Positions 57,801 through 64,000 of a stretch of DNA of 64,000 nt are shown here, one piece after another; positions within the stretch are counted from its first letter, which is position 1; every line of letters starts with the position of its first letter. The notes beneath the pieces were generated by a model that was not told where the DNA came from, searched no databases, and was given only the letters and a program-made list of their open reading frames with translations. A program made the position numbers and the translations under genes. The DNA is taken from assembly GCF_009914755.1 (NCBI RefSeq), contig NC_060944.1, one strand, 5' to 3'. Origin of the DNA: the human T2T-CHM13v2.0 reference genome, Homo sapiens.

Positions 57801-58331
57801 TGGAACCAATAAGGGTGGAATGGATTGGAATGGAGTGGAATGGAATGAAAGGGAATGGAATCAACCCGAGTGGAATGGAATGGAATGGAATGGAATGGAA
57901 TGGAAAGGAATGGAATGGAATGGAATGGAATGCAATGGAATGGAATACACCATAGTGGAATGGAATAGAATGGAATGGAATGGAGTGGAATCAACCCCAT
58001 TGGAATGGAATGGAATGGAATGGAATGGAATGGAATGGAAAGGAATGGAATGGAATGGGATGGAATGGGTTGGAATCAAACCGAGTGGAATGGAATGGAA
58101 TGCAATGGAATGGAAAGGAATGGAATGGAATGAAATAAACCCGAATGGAATGGAATGGAATGGAATGGAATGGAATGGAATGGAATGGAATGGAATGGAA
58201 TGGAATAGAGTGGATTGGAATCAATCTGAGTGGAATGGAAAGGAATGGAAAGGAATGGAATTGAAGAGAATTGAATGGAATGGAACGGAATGGAATGGAA
58301 TGGAATGGAATGGAATGCAATGCAATGGAAT
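51860..58331 (+). repeat. Composite A+B unit (6472 bp); B copy 5 at 55284-58206
   Basis: A (lacking CACCCAGAGTATAATT at ~53730) then B, with the same A-to-B and B-to-A junctions as the other copies. Confidence 0.9.
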
Positions 58332-61010
58332 CAACCAGAGTGGAATTGAGTGTAATGGATCGAAATAGAATGGAATGGAATGGAATAAACCTGAGTAGAA
58401 TGCAATGGTAGGGAATGGAATCGAATGGAATGGAATGGCATTGAATGGAATCAACACGAGTGGAATGGAATGGAATGGATTGGATTGGAAAGTTATGGAA
58501 TCAACCCGAATGGAATGTAATGGAAAGGAATGGAATGGAATGCAGTGTAATTAACCCGAGTGGAATGGAATGGTATGGAGTGAAATGGAACGGAATGGAA
58601 TGGTATGGAATGGAATGGAATGAAAAGGAAAGGAAAGCAATGGAATCAAAACGAGTGGAATGGAATGGAATGTAAAGAAATGAAGTGGAATTCAATAGAA
58701 TCAACACGAGTGGAATGAAATGGAAAGGAATTTAACGGAATGGAATGGAATGGAATGGAATCCAATCCAATGTAAAGGAATGGAATGTAACGGAATAGAA
58801 TGGAATGGAATGGAATGGAATGGAATTGAAAAAATTCGAGTGGAATGGAATGGAATGCAAAGTAATATAATGAAAATGAATGGAATCCACCCGAATGGAA
58901 AGGAAAGGAATGGAATGGAATGGAATGGAATGGAATGGAATGGAATGGAATGGTATAGAGAGGAATGGAATTTAATGGAATGGAGAGGAATGGAATGGAA
59001 TTGAATGGAATGGAATGCAAAGGAACGGAAAGGAATGGAATGGAATGGAATTGAATGGAGTCAACGCAAGTGTAATTGAATGGAATGGAATGGAATGGAA
59101 TGGAATGGAATGGAGATGAATGGAATGGAATTGATTTGAATGGAATGGAATCAACTGGAATGGAATGCAATGGAATGGAATGGAATGGAATGGAATCAAA
59201 TAGAATAGAAACGAATGGAATGGAATGGAATGCAGTGGAATGGAATGGAATGGAATCAACCCGTGTGGAATGTAAGGCAAAGGAATGGAATGGAATGGAA
59301 TGGAATCAACAAAATTGGAAGGGAAGGGAATGGAATAGAATGGAATGGAATGGAATGGAATCTACAAAAGTGGAATGGAATGGAATGGAATACAATGGAA
59401 TGGAATGGAATGGAATGGAATAAACCGGAGTGGAATGGAATGGAATGGAATGCAATGGATTCGATTGGAACTTAATTAACCCGATTGGAATGGAGTGGAA
59501 TGGAATGGAATGGAAAGAAGCCGATTGGAATGCAGTGGACTGAAAAGGAATGGAATTGAAAGGGATGGAATGGAATGGAATGGAATGCAATGGAATGGAA
59601 TGGAATGGAATGGAATCAACCCGAGTGGAATGGAATAGAATGGAATGGAATGCAATCAACCCAAGTGGAATGGAAAGGAGTGGAATGGAATCGAATGGAA
59701 TGGATTGGAATGGAATGGAATCGAATGCAATCGAATGGAATAGCATGGAAAGTAATGGAATGCAATGGAAAGGAATCAAGCCAGGTGGAATCGAAAGGAA
59801 TGGAATGGAATTGAATGCAATGGAATTGAATGGAATCAAGCCGAGTGGAATGTAATGGCATGGAATGGAGTGGAATGGAATGGAAAGGAATGGAATGGAT
59901 TCAACGCGATTGGAAAGGAATGGAATGGAATGGAATGGAATCAACCCGAGTGGAATGGAGTGCAACGGAATGGAATGAAATGGAATGGAATGGAATGGAA
60001 TGGAATGGAATGGAATGGAATGGAATCAACGTGATTGTAAAGGAATGAAATGAAATGGAATGGAATGGAATGCAATTGAATCAACTCGATTGGAAAGGAA
60101 TGGTTGGAATGGAAATGAAAGGAATGGAATGGAATGAAATCAACCCGAATGGAATGGAATGGAATGGAATGGAATGGAATGGAATGGAATGGAATTTAAT
60201 GGAATGGAATGGAATGGAATGGAATGGAATGGAATGGAATGGAATGGAATGGAATGGAATCACCCAGAGTATAATTGAATGGAATGAAATGGAATGGAAT
60301 GGAATGGAATGGAATGGAATGGAATGGAATGGAATGGAATGGAATGGATTCAAACCAAATGGAATGGAATGGAATGGATTGGAATGCAATGGAATTGAAT
60401 GGAATAAACTGAAGTGGAATGGTATAGAATGGAATGGAATGGATTGGAATGCAATGGAATGGGAAGGAATGGAATCAACTAGAATGGAAAGGAATGGAAT
60501 GGAATGGAATGCAGTGGAATGGAATGGAATGGAATCAACCCCTGTGGAATGTAATGCAAAGGAATGGAAAGGAATGGAATGGAATAAACAAAAGTGGAAT
60601 GGAAGGGAATGGAATAGAATGGAATGGAATGGAATGGAAAGCAATGGAGTCAACCCGAATGGAATCGAATGGAATGGAATGCAAAGGAATGGAATGGAAT
60701 GGAATGGAATGGAATGGACTGGAATGGGATGGAATGGAATGAAACCGAGTGGAGTGGAATGGAATTGAATGAAATGGAATGGAATAAACTGCAAATGAAA
60801 GGAATGGAATGGAATGGAATGGAAACAACCAGAGTGGAATGGAATTGAATGGAATGGAATGGAATGGAATCAACCCGAGTGGAATGGAATTGAATCGAAT
60901 GGAATGGAATGGAATCAACCAGAGTGGAATGGAATTGAATGGAATGGAATGGAATTAACCCGAGTGAAATGGAATGGAAAGGAATGGAATGGAATTTAAT
61001 GGAATGGAAT
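58332..61010 (+). repeat. Last, 3'-truncated copy of unit A
   Basis: A landmarks match to TTAACCCGAGTGAAAT...TTTAAT (~61000); the expected CAACCTGAGTGGACT does not follow. Confidence 0.88.
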
Positions 61011-64000
61011 GGAATGGAATCAACCCGAGTGGAATTGAATGGAATGTAATGGGATGCAATGTAATGGAATGGAACCAATAAGAGTGGAATGGATTGGAAT
61101 GGAATGGAATGGAATGAAAGGGAATGGAATCAACCCGAGTGGAATGGAATGGAATGGAATGGAATGGATTGGAATGGAATGGAATGGAATGGAATGGAAT
61201 AGAATGGAATAAACCTGAGTAGAATGCAATGGAAGGGAATGGAATCGAATGGAATGGAATGGCATTGAATGGAATAAACACAGGTGGAATGGAATGGAAT
61301 GGAGTGGATTGGAAAGTTATGGAATCAACCCGAATGGAATGTAATGTAATGGAATGGAATGGAATGGAATGCAGTGGAATTAACCGGAGTGGAATGGAAT
61401 GGTAAGGATTGAAATGGAACGGAATGGAATGGTATGGAATGGAATGGAATGGAATGAAAAGGAAAGGAAAGCAATGGAATGAAAACGAGTGGAATGGAAT
61501 GGAATGTAAAGAAATCGAGTGGAATTCTATAGAATCAACACGAGTGGAATGGAATGGAAAGGAATTGAATGGAATGGAATGGAATGGAATGGAATCCAAT
61601 CCAATGTAAAGGAATGGAACGGAACGGAATAGAATGTAATGGAATGGAATGGAATGGACTGGAATGGAAAAAATTCGAGTGGAATGGAATGGAATGCAAA
61701 GTAATATAATGGAAATGAATGGAATCCACCCGAATGGAAAGGAAAGGAATGGAATTGAATGGAATGGAATGGAATGGAATGGAGAGGAATGGAATGGAAT
61801 GGAATGCAGAGGAATGGAATGGAATTGATTTGAATGGAATGGAATCAACTGGAATGGAATGGAATGGAATGGAATGGAATCAACTAGAATAAAAAGGGCT
61901 GAAATGGAATGGAATGCAGTGGAATGGAATGGAATGGAATCAACCCGTGTGGAATGTAATGCAAAGGAATGGAATGGAATGGAATGGAATGGAATGGAAT
62001 GGAATGGAATGGAATGGAATCAACGAAAGTGTAATGGAAGGGAATGGAATAGAATGGAATGGAATGGAATGGAATGGAAAGCAATGGAGTCAACCCGAAT
62101 GGAATCGAATGGAATGGAAGGCAATGGAATGGAATGGTATAGAATGGAATGGGATGGAATGGAATCCAACCGAGTGGATAGGAAGGGAATTGAATGGAAT
62201 GGAATGGAATAAATTGGAATGGAAAGGAATGGAATGGAATGGAATGGAATGGAATGGAATGGAATGGAATCAACCAGAGTGGTATGGAATGGAATGGAAT
62301 GGAATCGGATAGAATGGAATCAAACCGAGTGGAGTGGAATGGAATTCAATGTAATGGATTGGAATAAATTAGAATGGAATGGAATTAATTGGAATGGAAA
62401 GGAATGGAATGGAATGGAGTGGAATCAACCAGAGTGGAATGGAATTGAATGGAATGGAATGGAATGGAATCAACCCGAGTGGAATGGAATTGAATGGAAT
62501 GGAATGGAATGGAATCAACCCGAGTGGAATGGAATTGAATGGAATGGAATGGAATTAACCTGAGTGAAACGGAATGGAAAGGAACGGAATGGAATTTAAT
62601 GGAATGGAATGGAATGAAATCAACCTGAGTGGACTGGAATGAAATGGACTGGAATGGAAAGCAATGGAATTGAGTGGAATCAACCAGAGTTGAATGGAAT
62701 TGAATGGAATGGAATGGAATGGAATCAACCCAAATGGAATGTAATGAAATGGAATTGAATGGAATTACCCCCAGTGAAATGGCATGGAAAGGAAAGGAAT
62801 AGAATTTAATGGAATGGAATGGCATGCAATGGAATCAACCCGAGTGGAATGGAATGGCATGAAATGGAATGCAATGCAATGCAATGGAAACAATAAGAGT
62901 GGAATGGATTGGAATGGAATGGAATGGAATGAAAGGGAATGGAATCAACCCGAGTGGAATGGAATGGAATGGAATGGAATGCAATGGAATGGAATGGAAA
63001 GCAATGGAATGGAATGGAAAGCAATGGAATGGAATGGAATACACCAGAGTGGAATGGAATAGAATGGAATGGAATGGAGTGGAATCAACCCCAGTGGAAT
63101 GGAATGGAATGGAATGGATTGGAATCAACCCGAGTGGAATGGAATGGAATGGAATGGGATGCAATAGAATGAAATGGAGTGGATTGGAATCAATCTGAGT
63201 GGAATGGAAAGGAATGGAAAGGAATCGAACTGAACAGAATGGAATGGAATGGATTGGAATCAACCCGAGTGGAATGGAATGGAATGGAATGGGATGCAAT
63301 AGAATGAAATGGAGTGGATTGGAATCAATCTGAGTGGAATGGAAAGGAATGGAAAGGAATCGAACTGAACAGAATGGAATGGAATGGAATGGAATGGAAT
63401 GGAATGGAATGGAATCAACCAGAGTGGAATTGACTGTAATGGACCGGAATGGAATGGAATGGAATGGAATGGAATGGAATGGAATGGAATGGAAAGGAAT
63501 TGAACAGAATGGAATGGAAAGGAATGGATTGGAGTGGAATGGAAGGGAATGGAATGGAATGGAATGGAAGGGAATGGAATAGAATGGTATCAATGCAAGT
63601 GTAATTGAATGGAATGGAATGGAATGGAGAGGAATGGAATGGAATTGCTTTGAATGCAATGGAATCACCTGGAATCGAATGGAATGGAATGGAATCAACT
63701 AGAATGGAAAGGAATGGAATGGAATGGAATGAAGTTGAATGGAATGCAATGGAATCAACCCGTGTGGAATGTAATGCAAAGGAATGGAATGGAATGGAAT
63801 GGAATGGAATGGAATCAACAAAACTGGAATGGAAGGGAATGGAATAGAATGGAATGGAATGGAATGGAATTGAAAGCAATGGAGTCAACCCGAATGGAAT
63901 CGAATGGAATGGAATGCAATGGAACTGAATGGAATGCAATGGAATGGAATGGAATGGAATGGAATGGAATGGAATGGAATGGAATGGGATGGAATGGAAT
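61011..64000 (+). repeat. Diverged HSat3 layer C, single-copy in this window and related to both A and B
   Basis: Altered versions of the landmarks: GTAAAGAAATCGAGTGGAATTCTATAG, TTACCCCCAGTG, GACTGTAATGGACCGG, GGTATCAATGCAAG, CACCTGGAATCG; unique strings such as AAAAAGGGCTGAAAT and CGAACTGAACAGAAT. Confidence 0.85.

Larger units (their letters stand above)
1..64000 (+). repeat. Human Satellite III (HSat3) array, (GGAAT)n with interspersed CAACCCGAGT-type decamers; heterochromatin-type satellite of human/hominoid origin
   Basis: GGAAT pentamers throughout, G-rich strand on + everywhere; frequent CAACCCGAGT/CAACCAGAGT/CAACCCGAAT insertions matching the classical Satellite III consensus CAACCCGA(A/G)T(GGAAT)n. 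HSat2-type GAATC-rich periodicity does not dominate. Confidence 0.97.

Noticed and set aside
61881-61905. Odd string CAACTAGAATAAAAAGGGCTGAAAT containing AATAAA
   Set aside because: It fits pentamer register as mutated GGAAA-GGAAT-GGAAT. AATAAA also arises at many GGAAT-AAAC junctions, so it is not evidence of a polyadenylation site or insertion.
120-63939. Hundreds of ORFs of 60-320 aa (MEWNG repeats on +, IPFHS repeats on -)
   Set aside because: Perfect GGAAT has no stop codon in any frame on either strand. The ORFs overlap in all frames, and their ends shift with 5-bp run-length changes between copies, so there is no sign of coding constraint.
1-64000. CRISPR-like pattern of repeats with variable interruptions
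   Set aside because: The interruptions are mutated pentamers that recur in every unit; there are no unique spacers, leader or cas genes.
1-64000. Inversions, Alu/L1 insertions or telomeric repeats
   Set aside because: No CATTC-oriented tract, no non-satellite insert and no TTAGGG array seen.

Overview
The whole 64 kb window is non-coding satellite DNA: human/hominoid Satellite III (HSat3). It consists of (GGAAT)n on the + strand, punctuated in pentamer register by the decamer CAACCCGAGT and its variants. I see no credible gene, RNA gene, transposon, CRISPR array or strand inversion; the ORF track is the MEWNG (+) / IPFHS (-) pentapeptide artefact of a 5-bp repeat. I found no novel coding system, but the array has a readable nested structure. 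(1) A ~3.55 kb higher-order unit 'A' has its start landmark at 7, 3541, 7125, 10674, 14263, 17832, 25178, 33748, 37367, 40936, 44469, 51860 and 58332. (2) A diverged ~3.1 kb paralogous block 'B' sits at one fixed site of A from ~21.9 kb onward and gives ~6.5-7.4 kb A+B units on the right. (3) A single-copy, ancestral-looking layer 'C' runs from ~61.0 kb to the end. Shared private variants reveal a 7.1 kb A-dimer on the left, a duplication at 23.1 kb offset, several local tandem duplications and chimeric junctions. The picture is a homogeneous (probably young) left side grading into a mosaic (probably older) right side. All comparisons were made by eye; junction coordinates are approximate to tens of bp because breakpoints lie in GGAAT runs.
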